The notes under the pieces were generated by a model, which saw only the letters and a list, made by a program, of their open reading frames with translations, was not told where the DNA came from and did not search any database. Below, one piece after another: positions 13,320 through 26,700 of a stretch of DNA of 64,000 nt (the first letter of the stretch is position 1; each line of letters begins with the position of its first letter). Both the position numbers and the translations under genes were made by a program. The stretch is from contig JAUCBJ010002942.1 of NCBI GenBank assembly GCA_032718475.1, positions 1 through 64,000 of the forward strand, read 5' to 3'. This DNA is from Nemertoderma westbladi (lineage: Eukaryota; Animalia; Xenacoelomorpha).

Positions 13320-13502
13320 ATTATGGAAATGGAACGCAGAAGTGAATCCCAACAGGAATTAATCGAGGACCTCAGACAGGCAGCCAATCGCATGGACGTA
13401 CAGTTACGTGAGGTCAGACACCAAGGAGATGAGAGAGTCAATGTGGAAAGAGAAAGAAACAAAGAAGCCATACGAGACGTGGAAAGGATAAAAGAGAAGG
13501 AG
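13320..13502 (+). CDS. LRRC45: LRRC45-like coding exon (IMEMERRSESQQ...IKEKE)
   Basis: TATAG| acceptor, GAG|GTTTGT donor, 183 bp, phase 0-0. Coiled-coil peptide colinear with LRRC45. Confidence 0.85.
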
Positions 13503-13526
13503 GTTTGTAAAAAAAAGTCAGACGCG

Positions 13527-13753
13527 AACTAATAGAGCGTAAAACACTAGTACTAATTCACAACAAAACAAACTAATAGAGCGTAAAACACTAGTACTAA
13601 TTCACAATAAAACAAACTAATAGAGCGTAAAACACTAGTACTAATTCACAACAAAACAAACTAATAGAGCGTAAAACACTAGTACTAATTCACAACAAAA
13701 CAAACTAACAGAGCGTAAAACACTAGTACTAATTCACAACAAAACAAACTAAT
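13527..13753. repeat. 44-bp minisatellite, ~5 copies, starting ~24 nt after the donor
   Basis: Unit AACTAATAGAGCGTAAAACACTAGTACTAATTCACAACAAAACA. Confidence 0.93.
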
Positions 13754-14075
13754 AAATAGCTATTTTATTGTGACATTTAGTATATTTCAAATAAAAGTAC
13801 ATTAATTGTTTTTGGCGCAGAAATATCGTTTATCATGACATGCCATACCCCGACCTCATCTCCTCCCATTTTTAAACGCCATGATTTTTTCCACTCCATT
13901 ACACGAGTTTACATACGGTTTACATATCCTTTTCGCAAATAAAATAAGGTGCATAACGTTTGGATGCTTAAAAATAAATATCGGGTCTATAAATACCATC
14001 TATCCAGTACTACTGTACTGTACAGTATGTTAATTGTGTGTAAATTCTTCCATTTTCATCGTGTTCCATTTTCAG

Positions 14076-14261
14076 ATGGAACGGGTCCGTACGGAACTAC
14101 TTGACAACGAGTCTTCCCTAAGGGAACGGGTTCTACGGGTGGAGGAACAGCGGACTCGAATGGAGGAGGAACTAAGTCGATCCCGAAACCAGCAGATGCA
14201 GACGAGACTGTCCCATGAGGATGAGTTGGTCTCGCAGAGACAATCGATGAGAGACGAAGAG
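14076..14261 (+). CDS. LRRC45: LRRC45-like coding exon (MERVRTELLDNESSLRERVLRVEEQRTRMEEELSR...DEE)
   Basis: TTTTCAG| acceptor, GAG|GTCAGG donor, 186 bp, phase 0-0. Resembles recalled LRRC45 MQERVQRLEAARLSLEEELSR. Confidence 0.87.
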
Positions 14262-14640
14262 GTCAGGGTTATAACAATCACTACAAACTATGGGAAATAC
14301 ATCCAGTCACACAAGAATTAAAACAAAACTACAGCCACTTAGTCCTGTAAACTGTAACGCGGAAATACAGCCAGTCACACAAGAATTAAAACAAAACTAC
14401 AGCCAAAACTACTACTGTCCTGTAAACTGTAACGCGTTTGAAATGTTATAATTAATTAATATTAATTGAGAAATAGTTGGGACAAACCCACCCATAATGT
14501 TCGCGATCTGTTATATCTCATGAGGTTGATAATAACAGCAGCACATAGTCGTATATTATCAACTTCTTCAATACTCTTCTACAACTCAGCACTGATTTGG
14601 GGGGGTCTGACAGTAATATTCTATATTTCACTTCCTCAAG

Positions 14641-14754
14641 GACGCTCGTACGAAACAACTCGAAGAGAAGTTGCGAATGATGACCAAATCTCGCGACGAT
14701 ATACAAGAACATTGTAGCCACCAAACATCTGCTGTCCTTGAACTACAAAGCAAG
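14641..14754 (+). CDS. LRRC45: LRRC45-like coding exon (DARTKQLEEKLRMMTKSRDDIQEHCSHQTSAVLELQSK)
   Basis: Pyrimidine tract plus CAAG| acceptor, AAG|GTAGGT donor, 114 bp. Resembles recalled LRRC45 KLRLLAQARDEAQGACLQQ. Confidence 0.87.
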
Positions 14755-15430
14755 GTAGGTTCAATGTGCTGCGGTCCCGTCCTAAAGAGCAAGGTAGGTT
14801 TAATGTGCTGCGGTCCCGTCCTAAAGAGCGAGGTAGGTTCAATGTGCTGCGGTCCCGTCCTAAAGAGCGAGGTAGGTTCAATGTGCTGCGGTCCCGTCCT
14901 AAAGAGCAAGGTAGGTTTAATGTGCTGCGGTCCCGTCCTAAAGAGCACGGTAGGTTCAATGTGCTGCAGTCCCCTCCTAAAGAGTGAGGTAGGTTCAATG
15001 TGCTGCGGTCCCGTCCTAAAGAGCGAGGTAGGTTCAATGTGCTGCGGTCCTGTCCTAAAGAGTGAGGTAGGTTCAATGTGCTGCGGTCCCGTCCTAAAGA
15101 GCGAGGTAGGGTCAATGTGCTGCGGTCCCGTCCTAAAGAGTGAGGTAGGTTCAATGTGCTGCGGTCCCGTCCTAAAGAGCGAGGTAGGTTCAATGTGCTG
15201 CGGTCCCGTCCTAAAGAGCGAGGTAGGTTCAATGTGCTGCGGTCCTGTCCTAAAGAGCGAGGTAGGTTCAATGTGCTGCAGTCCCCTCCTAAAGAGTGAG
15301 GTAGGTTCAATGTGCTGCGGTCCCGTCCTAAAGAGCGAGGTAGGTTCAATGTGCTGCGGTCCCGTCCTAAAGAGCGAGGTAGGTTCAATGTGCTGCGGTC
15401 CCATCTTAAGAAGCGAGGTAGGTTCAATGT
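14745..15430 (+). repeat. 39-bp tandem array (18 donor motifs) spanning the exon/intron donor junction
   Basis: Unit GTAGGTTCAATGTGCTGCGGTCCCGTCCTAAAGAGCGAG. GT runs from 14755 to 15418 in 17 steps of 39 bp. The frame stays open to TAG at 15430-15432. Confidence 0.96.
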
Positions 15431-15459
15431 AGACAATACTTCTTGAAACGTGTAGAAGA

Positions 15460-18400
15460 CCAGCGGCACTGCATTCGTATCGAGTGGGGGTTACAAAACT
15501 ATATTTCCCATGGGGGTCAAAAAGGGGACGGAAATAGATAATTGATAATTGATTTTTATAGAAAAATTGTTTTATATTTCACTTTCTTTGATAAAATATA
15601 AGCAAAACGGTCAATAATGCTACGCTGAATTCGATTTTAACTTAAAATTGGGGCCGGAAGCAGAATTTCGTATTTCCAGACTCTTATTGCGGGATCTCGT
15701 ATAACTCGAAAACTTTTTAACATTTAGAAGATTTATTATTACAGACTTGTAGAGTTTTGAATTATCTATCTTTTGGCGTTAGTTTTAGCGCTGTTTCTGT
15801 CATACAATCGTACGATCGTGTAAAAATAAATGACATTAAAAAATGACAAAAAAGTTGTAATATTCAACAATTTTCTACTAACCCCCATTTCCACGTACGA
15901 CGTTGACCTGCAACCGGGAGGAACTTAACTTCAGATACCTTTCCCTTAACTTTATTCATTAAAATTATAAATTTTAAAGGCCGAAATTTTTTTCGACATC
16001 TTGGCCCTCATTTCGCCTTTTTTTGGCCGAAAATGAAACCAATCTCAAACGGTAGAAAAACTAATTAACCCAAAGAATATATAATTTTTTTTAATTTGGA
16101 CTGCCAGAACCGAAGTTACGGCCAAATTCGTGAAAATACGGAATTTAGCGAAATTTAGCAAAAATAAATCAATGAAATTTATTCATCTGTTTAGTTACCG
16201 CTAGATGGCGTCAGGGCCGCCGAGGGGGGGGGGGGGTGGGGGGGGGGGCAAAATCCCCGAGCCCGGGAGACACCCAGGGGGACCCGGAACGGGCCCCATG
16301 GGCAATTTTCTTAACTTAGACTAGGTAATCCATCACCTTGTTATTTAGAGACCGTCATGGTGATAAAAATGAGACAACTTCATTCATATTTCAACTTACT
16401 TCAAACATTTGTAACTCAGTTTCTTTCAGTCTTTTGACCTGAAAGTTTTACCAGTCGATACAGAATGGATCGTAGTTTATTAAATTGAAACAACATTGGA
16501 AAATATCATAGTGCACTAAATGGCAAAAAGTAAGTGCAAATGTTGCGCAAATATGGAAATTTTTAATATCGATATTTCGTGTTCTCTAATTCTTATCATG
16601 CCATGGTATGGTAGTGTCATGTTATGCTTTATTGCTTATTTCGGAGTAATTTAACATAATCTTAACATTTGTTATAACTTTTTATGCCTAGAAAGTGGGT
16701 TAAACGGCCAATTAATATGGTCTAAAAGTGTAAAAATCGTAAGTTTTTGTATTTCAGCCAACAACCCCATGTGTGTCAAATAGAAACAATCTTGATTCAG
16801 CTCCTTAGATGTACAATTATTTTGTTATTTATTAATTATTTTGCAAATATTAATTGGAAATTCTTAATTCGTTACACATACAACAATAATCAGGAAAGGT
16901 TAATGTTTATTCAAAAAAATATTTTCCAACTATAAAGTTGGTTAAAAATATATATATATATCCAACATGGCAAAAATATAATGACGCAGTATTGATTAAA
17001 GGGGGGGGGGGGGGGGGGTTAATCCCCCCCCCCCCCCCCCTTGTTAAAATTTTCGATTTCTTTTTTTTATTTCATCTAAGAGCAGAATATAATCAAGATT
17101 CCAAATATGAAAACCGCTTAGCAAGATCTGTCTTACTTCTCGAGATATGGCTGTCTAGTTTCTGTCCGTTTAACTGTCGGTCTGTCCGTCAAAACAATTG
17201 AATTCGTACTATCTGTCTAAACAAAATTCCAATATGGGTTTTCTTGGTCCGTGACTACATTCCTGATATCAGTATTCAAATTTGGCATCGTCATTGTTGT
17301 CTGTAAGCCTATCAGTCTGTCCGTTAAAATATAACCGACAGCCTGACAGCCAAACAGACAATTTCGAGTCATCAAATGTTGAAACTGACACTCGAAATGG
17401 ATTCTGCTACCCTGAAAACCCTAGAGCAAAACTTTAGCTAGAAGATCTGCCCATTCCTTATATTTGACGGACAGATTGTCGGATAGTCAAAAAAACCGAC
17501 AGACAGACAAACAGAATAACTAGATTTCATTAAAATTGAAAACTGACCTCAGAAATGAAATCAGCGATCAGGAAAACTTCCGTGGCTAAAATCATAGCAT
17601 GGTTTTGTGCTTTCGTGTTGCTAGATACTGTATATATTGACAGACATTATCACATATTAACAGACAGTTTTTGAGCGGGAACGTTCAAACTTCAAGGGCA
17701 ATTATCTCGGAATTACATTTTTTCACACAAAAACACTATTCCCGTGCCATTTCTTAACCTTTTTTGGTGATTTTTGTGAAAGAAAATTTAATAAGCTTTA
17801 ATATTCTTCGGCCACTTTTTGGATTTCAGAATATTTCCGCATTTTCTTAATGAAAAAACATAAAAAAAACGTGGATTTTTTAAATTTGTAAAAATTTTGA
17901 ATTTTTTCTTACAAAATTGCCAATTATTAGAAATAGAAAAGGAAAATAAAAAACGTGGCCGAATAATATGATGAAATTTAACATGCTGGTTCTAAAAATT
18001 GAAAATGGGAAATAACGTAGGAATAGTCTTTTTAGCGACAATTTTTTAATTCTTATGCCAGCCGCTAGGGGGCCCTAAAACAATTTCATATTTTTATTTA
18101 CTTTAGCTAATTATCGTATTCGATGGTATGTAGTTTTCTGCGCATTCTTCAACCATATTGGAGATATAAACAAATTAAAAAAAAACACAAGGTGGTTACC
18201 CCCCCCCCCCCCCCCCCCCCCCCCGACACCGAGCGAGTGATGACCCTGAACCCACCATAGAACCACCCTATATTATAAATGCGACTCCATTTCCATACGA
18301 ATATTACAACACCGGCTGCTAAGGCAATCAACCAATGCTGCATTATAGAACAAAACTAACAATAGAAAGGGGTAGCTATAGTTACTAAAACTAAAACACA

Positions 18401-18750
18401 AACAAAGCGTAAATATCCTAGCTGTTCCACATTAGTGTCAGTAGTTCTAGTAAGATAATAATAGTGATAACAGTTTCATTCAATTTTTTGAATAAATACA
18501 AATTATTGAATATGTTATAGAGCAAATGTATAAACAAAAACTCAACTAATATATTATGAAAATTGAAGGTCTAAACAATATGAAACAAAATAATACATTA
18601 TGAAAGACAAATTAAAATTTAGCATTACAACAACTATATACCAGAAATTTAACAAAACCGCAAATCAGTCAAAGTGAAAAGGGGGGACAGTTCCCCCCCC
18701 CCCCCCCTTCAACCCCCCCCCCCCCCTTCAACCCCCCTTTCAATCAGCAC
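15460..18750. mobile_element. Cluster of nested, degenerate non-autonomous DNA-transposon-like sequences with poly-G/poly-C tracts
   Basis: hAT-like CAGGGCCGCC start at ~16211. Imperfect inverted ends at ~16987 and ~18750. Segment 17060-17750 resembles 61150-63100. Boundaries uncertain. Confidence 0.4.
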
Positions 18751-19059
18751 CCAGACCCAGTCAAGCAGAATAACCTGTGGAGATATTATGACAACATATA
18801 TATCCTATACAAAATAATCAGCCCAATGATTCGTGGAATAATAATATAATCCTATTGCAGTGGTATAATTTATTTTGTTTATTGACAACTCAAATATTTT
18901 CTGTCTATACCTGAGAGCTGATAAGGATGTGTAGACTCAGCCAGCAGCAGGAGGGGTGTAGTCAAGAAATTCTGCCTGGGTGAAATTCTATCTCAGGCAG
19001 CCCTGCACTCCACCGTTCCTACTCCACAGCTAGCTGCTGCAGCTCAGGGAGGAGTTGTT

Positions 19060-20528
19060 GTTATTTTACCATTGCTTTTAATTTCGCGACAAAATAATGT
19101 CATAAAACTAAATATATCGAATACCACACATTGAATTGATCTGAAATGAGCTTTGTAACGCGATTATGAACCACCAAAGCAATTTACTTGTAAAATTTCA
19201 TCAAAATCGCCAGGCAGGAAGTCCTGAACCTGGATTATTATCAGTCAGTCAGTCAGTCAGTGTTATATAACCTGAGATTTTTACAGTAAGTATCCCGCTG
19301 TCGAGCGGGCTCCTAACCAGAAAGAGAATCCTAGCCAAGACTACTACAAAGAACTATGTCAGTCAGCAGTAAGTAAACTAAACAATTGTCTAAACTGCAA
19401 GGCGTGAGGCTAGCTGACTTTGTGGCTCGCCCCACATAATAAAAAATGCAACTTAGCTACCACTAACAAAAATATAATATGAAGCAAATAATTTCATTAT
19501 CAAGCAAGTTTACAAGATATAAGATACGATTACCGAATATTTATAAAAAATGCCCATGATGCACAACCGGATAAATAACAACGAATAGAGCCAAATAATA
19601 TATTTAGTTTCCTTCTATAGGTATTATCCCGTCGTCAAGTGGAATATCTCTTCCCAGTGAATCCTATGTGAATATGTAATACTATATTGTAATATAATAA
19701 TAATACTATGTAATACCCCTGCTAAGTTAGGTGGTAGGCCTGAGCGGGCTCCTTAAATACATGTAACTACTACTGTATTATACTGTAGGTCAACTATAAA
19801 ACATTTTGCAATCCACAGTGAGTAACAACTGCAATAGGACACAACACACTGCTTTGTGTAACTAAAATTCATTCTCCTGATCCACCCCCTAACATAGCAG
19901 AGTGAGTAACCTTATTGTAGATCTACCATTAGGAAGCACTGGGAGAGCAATCAGCTTATGGGGTAATACTGTACATTAGAAACCAACAGCTTATGTGTGA
20001 GTAAACATTGCCTTTCCTTATAGCCTACTAGTAATACTTGGCAACCAACACGTTTTACTATGTTTACTATGACTGTGTATAACATATTAAGCTATATTTC
20101 ATCATGAACACCAGCTGTTATTTTACCATTGCTTTTAATTTCGCGACATAATAATGTTCAAAACTAAATATATCGAATACCAAACATAGAATCGATCTGA
20201 AATTTTGTAACGCGATTATGAACCACCAAAGCAATGTACTTGTATAATTTCATCAAAATCGCCAGGCAGGAAGTGCCTGAACCTGGATAATTATCAGTCA
20301 GTCAGTCAGTCAGTCAGTCAGTAAGTGAGTCAGTCAGTCAGTCAGTCAGTGTTATATATCCTGAGATTTTTACAGAGAGTATCCCTGAGATTTTTACAGT
20401 AAGTATCCCGGAGTCAAGCAGTCAGTCAGTCAGTCAGTCAGTCAGTCAGTGTTATATATCCTGAGATTTTTACAGAAAGTATCCCAGAGATTTTTACAGT
20501 AAGTATCCCGCTGTCAAGCGGGCTCCTA
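19060..20528 (+). mobile_element. Two copies of a short element with a (CAGT)n microsatellite and 3' hairpin; Helentron/DINE-1/Pearl-like
   Basis: Direct repeats at ~19060-19315 and ~20117-20528, each ending CCCGCTGTC(G/A)AGCGGGCTCCTA (hairpin) after (CAGT)n. Confidence 0.55.
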
Positions 20529-21471
20529 ATTATTATTCCAGTCAGATAAGAGATAATAATCCGTAATTTAGAACTCTAAACTGTCTTTCATGCAAACAAT
20601 ATTCTAACTAAAGACGGGTGAATGACCATGACCGTGGAAATAATTTTAAATATAATTATATATCAAATATTTGGGGAGGCTTCCAAGTTAAACCCCAAAA
20701 CAATTATTTCGTTACATATAGTAAATAACGTTGTATGCTCTTCTCTCACACTAATTTATTATGAATGAAATATCTCTGAGGCTTGTAACATTGAAAACCC
20801 AAATGTTTCAGTGTGAAAAGTGTACCAAAACAGCCGCAAACACACAGCGAACAAATTTAACAAAAGGTTACATACATGTTGGGTTCGTGACGAGGGAAAA
20901 TTGATCGCGTAATATAAACTAAATTAAAAGTCCGGCTTTCCTCTACTTCCTTACCCAAAGGAAATGTTGTTATAATTTAATATTGGGGCGGCTTTCTCTT
21001 GTTATTTTATGCACTTTCTGTTGGTCATTCATCCGGCAGACAAACATAGATTATGCATTGTAAAGTTGGTGTCATACTGAGCACAAAGGGGACATGAAAA
21101 ATTAAAAAAATATAATCGTGGTAGAATTTTTTCATTTCATATGTCCCCTTAGGGGCTCCGTAGTTTTACAAATATCAATATTTTTGACACCACCTTCCAT
21201 TGAATACGTGGTAGTGTGTACTGTATACACTTTGATGCGTGATGTGTACTGTATACACTTTGATGACGTGATGCGTTCAATTTCTGCAAATAAACGTAGT
21301 AAAAAAGGAATTATCGGCCCTTTAAACTCTGTTTTTACGTATAAATCTTTGGTCTCTTTTATCGTGTACGACGCTAAATTGTATACCAATCGTATAAATA
21401 GGTATTATCTATGTTGTAACACGTACGTTTGTGTAGATAATAAATATGAGAATGAATTGACATCTTATTAG

Positions 21472-21679
21472 GTGAGTTCGTTAGTGTTGGAGAATGAATC
21501 GCAGAAACGGCGTATGGAATCGATGAGTCAGGACCTCGGATCCAAGGAAACAGATATCGCATCAGCTACAGCGAGGGTTCGAACCGAGATGACAGCCGTA
21601 GTCCACAGACTGGAGAAAGAGAACGCCAGTTACCAGGACGTCCTAGATAAACTAACCAGATCGCAGAAAAAACAACAAG
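21472..21679 (+). CDS. LRRC45: LRRC45-like coding exon (VSSLVLENESQKRRMESMSQDLGSKETD...KKQQ)
   Basis: TTATTAG| acceptor, AAG|GTATAT donor, 208 bp, phase 0-1. Resembles recalled LRRC45 VSQLGLQVEGLRRRLEELQQELSLKDQE. Confidence 0.85.
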
Positions 21680-22019
21680 GTATATTATTTAAGTATTTGT
21701 ACTCAATCGAAAGGTCGAAATGTCTAGTCCGTCATGAATAACTTCATAAAATATTGGAAATCACAATGTTAATTACATTCTTTATTTACTCAAATTTGAA
21801 AACTAAAAAACACGATATCATGTAAATATTAAAGATCCTTCCAAGCCAGGATTTTATTTTGCATTATCAATGGAAAATATTGCATATATATATATGGCAT
21901 ATATATATACTTTGTTTGGATTTTCCATTCTTTTTTATCCCAATGGAAATATTTTTCCATTGTAAGATTATGCTGCATTCAAGGGTTGTTGTAGATTGAT
22001 GGAGCTTCGAAATGGTCTG

Positions 22020-23432
22020 TCTGTATGGTAAAGCACTCTGTAAAGCATCTGTATGGTAAAGCATTCTGTAAAGCATCTGTATGTAAAGCACTCTGTAAAG
22101 CATCTGTATGGTAAAGCCCTCTGTAAAGCATCTGTATGTAAAGCACTCTGTAAAGCATCTGTATGGTAAAGCACTCTGTAAAGCATCTGTATGTAAAGCA
22201 CTCTGTAAAGCATCTGTATGGTAAAGCCCTCTGTAAAGCATCTGTATGTAAAGCACTCTGTAAAGCATCTGTATGGTAAAGCACTCTGTAAAGCATCTGT
22301 ATGGTAAAGCACTCTGTAAAGCATCTGTATGTAAAGCACTCTGTAAAGCATCTGTATGGTAAAGCACTCTGTAAAGCATCTGTATGGTAAAGCACTCTGT
22401 AAAGCATCTGTATGGTAAAGCACTCTGTAAAGCATCTGTATGGTAAAGCACTCTGTAAAGCATCTGTATGGTAAAGCACTCTGTAAAGCATCTGTATGGT
22501 AAAGCACTCTGTAAAGCATCTGTATGTAAAGCACTCTGTAAAGCATCTGTATGGTAAAGCACTCTGTAAAGCATCTGTATGGTAAAGCACTCTGTAAAGC
22601 ATCTGTATGTAAAGCACTCTGTAAAGCATCTGTATGGTAAAGCACTCTGTAAAGCATCTGTATGTAAAGCACTCTGTAAAGCATCTGTATGGTAAAGCAC
22701 TCTGTAAAGCATCTGTATGTAAAGCACTCTGTAAAGCATCTGTATGGTAAAGCCCTCTGTAAAGCATCTGTATGGTAAAGCACTCTGTAAAGCATCTGTA
22801 TGGTAAAGCACTCTGTAAAGCATCTGTATGGTAAAGCACTCTGTAAAGCATCTGTATGGTAAAGCACTCTGTAAAGCATCTGTATGGTAAAGCACTCTGT
22901 AAAGCATCTGTATGTAAAGCACTCTGTAAAGCATCTGTATGGTAAAGCACTCTGTAAAGCATCTGTATGTAAAGCACTCTGTAAAGCATCTGTATGGTAA
23001 AGCACTCTGTAAAGCATCTGTATGGTAAAGCACTCTGTAAAGCATCTGTATGGTAAAGCACTCTGTAAAGCATCTGTATGGTAAAGCATTCTGTAAAGCA
23101 TCTGTATGTAAAGCACTCTGTAAAGCATCTGTATGGTAAAGCACTCTGTAAAGCATCTGTATGGTAAAGCACTCTGTAAAGCATCTGTATGGTAAAGCAC
23201 TCTGTAAAGCATCTGTATGGTAAAGCACTCTGTAAAGCACTCTGTAAAGCACTCTGTAAAGCACTCTGTAAAGCACTCTGTAAAGCACTCTGTAAAGCAC
23301 TCTGTAAAGCATCTGTATGGTAAAGCACTCTGTAAAGCATCTGTATGGTAAAGCACTCTGTAAAGCATCTGTATGGTAAAGCACTCTGTAAAGCATCTGT
23401 ATGGTAAAGCACTCTGTAAAGCATCTGTATGG
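22020..23432. repeat. 28-bp minisatellite with 26-bp variants and a 12-bp sub-unit run
   Basis: Unit CTGTATGGTAAAGCACTCTGTAAAGCAT. (GTAAAGCACTCT)n run at ~23220-23310. Confidence 0.96.
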
Positions 23433-23722
23433 TTCTCGGAATCAGTTTAAATTAATATACGAAGATAATGATAATAATAGAATCCTAAATAGACCATTAA
23501 ATTTATACGGCAAATAATTCATCAAATTCCAACCAAATTGTTCGCCATCGTCCCTGTCTTGTCTATGTATCACCCCATCCGAACACGTCCAGTAGACTCA
23601 TCTGCGGCTCGGCCAAATCCGCAGCACCGCCCTCTGGCAGAGCAGCCGGAGCAACAACTCCAAATTCTTCAACTTCATGTATTGGAAGCACTGCCCACTC
23701 AGCTCACGGCTTCCCGATCAAC

Positions 23723-26700
23723 TGTTAGAATTAGAACTCATTTTAAACATTAAACTTATTGCTGTATTTTAATAACTAAACTTTACTGCTATCAGCACGT
23801 GCGCAATGCAATACATATTCACCAGTCACCAACCTAACTAACTCACAACAATACAGTAGGCACAAACTAACACAAGCATAATACTGCAGTACTCACAATC
23901 TCCCCTCATTTTTTTAAATTAAAGTTTGTTGTAATAATTGTTGCATAAAATCATAGTTTGTATAAAATCAGTTATTGTTACATATAGTTTTCTTTGATCT
24001 CGAACTTCTTTCTCACATCCTTCTTTGTTAAACAATCAGCCAATTGGTTAGTTCCTGCAACCAATTTAAATGACACGCGACCAAGTTCGAATAGTTCTCT
24101 TAGTATTCCCATTTCGATCATTAAACGCTTATCACAGAGTACATTAGTGGTTTGAATTGCGGTATGTAATGATTTGTTGTCGGTGTAACAAATTATCGGT
24201 ATAGAAACATCAATAATGTTTTCAATAATTTTCGATAAGAAAATTGCCTCCTCAACACCGTCTACACATGCCAAGGTTTCTGCAGCTAATGTAGATTTAA
24301 CAACCCGTCGAACTTTAGCAGATTTCCATGTCAATAAACCATTCAACTGAACCTCTCCAAATGGATATGATGATTGGGTGGAACAGTTGCTTGTTTCTTG
24401 ACCATTGTTTACTGTAGCTAAAAATATCATATATCCACCTTGAGAAGAGAAACCAACTGCATTACCAAGTGAAGCATCTGTAAATACTGCTAATGCTGCA
24501 CTTGAAGGTTTAAAGTAGGTAGTATCAAATTGCAGACCAGCAGCTAATGATTGTTTGGCTTTACGAATTACCTTATTGAGGTACTTAGCATCACCAACTA
24601 TAGGATGCTTTGCCTGTGAACTTAGATAAGAAGCATCAAAACTTAAATCAGGGCGACTTTGATTGGCAAGCCATGATATAGCTCCTACTCATGTTCGATA
24701 ATCAGAGATTTCATTTGATGTTAATGGTCTATCAACTTCAGCATATTGCGAGATTGGAAGTTCTGTTAGAAGCTGAGCGTATCGAAATTGACTAATTTCA
24801 ATTTCATGATCGGTTTGTTTTACATCAATACCAAGATATTTAAAAGCCAGTGCTGCTGTTGAACGAATTTCAAATATACTACATATTTTCGCAACAATAT
24901 TGTTCTTGAAGTATGAGTTACCTCCCCACAGGATATCATCAACATGAATGCATAACAACCCCTGAATTTCTCCATCTTTCTTATAATAAAACAAAGCTGG
25001 ATCCTCGGGACAAGCAGTCAATCCTAAATTCGTTAAGGTCCCCCGAAGTTTCATATACCATGCTCGTGGGGCATCATTTAGACCATACACAGTTTTCATT
25101 AACTGCCAAACTCCATCTACCATAGCCTCTGGTGGTGGCTTCACGAATATTTCACGATCGATGGTGAAACCCTGTAAGAAAGCACACTTAATGTCGAGAC
25201 TATTTATTGTCCAACCGTATGATGAAATCAGAAACAACACGAGACGAATATTATCTTTATTACATGTAGGCGAATCTGTTCGACCACCAAACTGTTCTTC
25301 AAATCCCCGAACCACAAGGCGGGCTTTGACAACATCATTGCCATTAACAACTTTCTCTGTAATGACCCAGCGTGTAGACACAAGAGACTGACCAGAATAT
25401 GGAACAACTTTCACAACACCTTGTTCCTTCCATGTACTTAACTCCTTTTCTTTAGCATCTTTCAATCCTGAAGTTACCGTAATCATTACCTCTTCATCAT
25501 CAGGAACAATTTCATAATCCGAAACTTCATCTAGATTCACCCAAGATTTACCACTAGGCAATTCAATATTCCAACAGTTCCTATATTTACCACTTGCCTT
25601 ACCAGCTCGACTTAATATTCTTCCACAAATAACATTATCAGAATCGGTGTATTTAATACGTTGCCCAGCTTTAACATTACTATTTGCAACAATAGACACC
25701 CATGGTTGTTTTCCACTTTCGGTTTCATTTGAACTATTATTAGTAGGCAACGTCATGTCATTATGATCATTGGCATTGCCGATATCATTGTCATCATCAT
25801 CACTATCATCAACAGATCTTCGCACAACATCACCATTATTAGAGTTTCGGACAATGCTTCCATCGCCATTATTTTTAACAACACTGTCATGTACATCATT
25901 TGTCAATCGTTCATTTGAATTATTGACTAAGCAAATTCGAGTTTTATGTACTCGAACTATAAACCCACCATGTCTCACATAAACACTTTGACCCTCAGAA
26001 CCTATCACAACTCCAGGTCCCTTCCATTCTTTGTGACCTTCTCGCTTGTAAAATACACGATCCCCATTTTCACACTGAAACTCAACCGCTCTAACATTAT
26101 GCTTAAGTGCACGGCGCAATCTACTACTAGACTCATTTGCAATAAATTGTCTACGGGCCACATGCATCGCATTTAGGTTGTCTGCCACTACCTCACTCGT
26201 TGTCTTACCCTCCAAAGCAGCTATAGAACTATTCTCTAAAATTGGAATTTTTGGATTGAGTCCAATAGCAACCTGGCTCGGTGAGAAACCATGCACATTA
26301 GTCAAACTGTTTCGTGCAGCAACAGCCCAAGCAACAGCAATATTGAGATTTACATGACAATCTTGCATTATTTTAAGTACATCATCACCCAATACTGCAT
26401 TCTGACGTTCACAGACTCCATTACTGAAAGGGGATTCTGCCGCAGTTGGTAATATCTCAATATTACAGTTATCAGCCATACTAACAAATTCGTCATTATA
26501 AAATTCTCCACCGTTGTCAGCCAAGACTTTATTTGGAACACCAAAATTTGAAATCCATCCAGTAAACATCCCTTGAATAACAGATTCAGGCTTTTTATTT
26601 GATAAAACCGCAGCTGCACGGTAACGTGTTGCTAAATCCACCATATGTAAAATAGGATGACCTGACCAGTTATAAATTTTAGATCAATAGCTAATCCTTC

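Noticed and set aside
35-15430. CRISPR array interpretation of the regular repeats
   Set aside because: Units are head-to-tail with no unique spacers, there are no cas genes, and the context is eukaryotic with introns.
21867-23424. Three overlapping ~480-aa minus-strand ORFs
   Set aside because: A 28-bp minisatellite that lacks stops on one strand; all three frames give the same permuted peptide.
23433-23722. Possible promoter or 5' exon split by the Copia insertion (two CCAAT motifs at ~28601 and ~28634)
   Set aside because: No linked ORF or element termini could be established.
26632-26667. Programmed gag-pol frameshift in the Copia element
   Set aside because: The break is inside the integrase domain and is fully explained by a 5-bp duplication.
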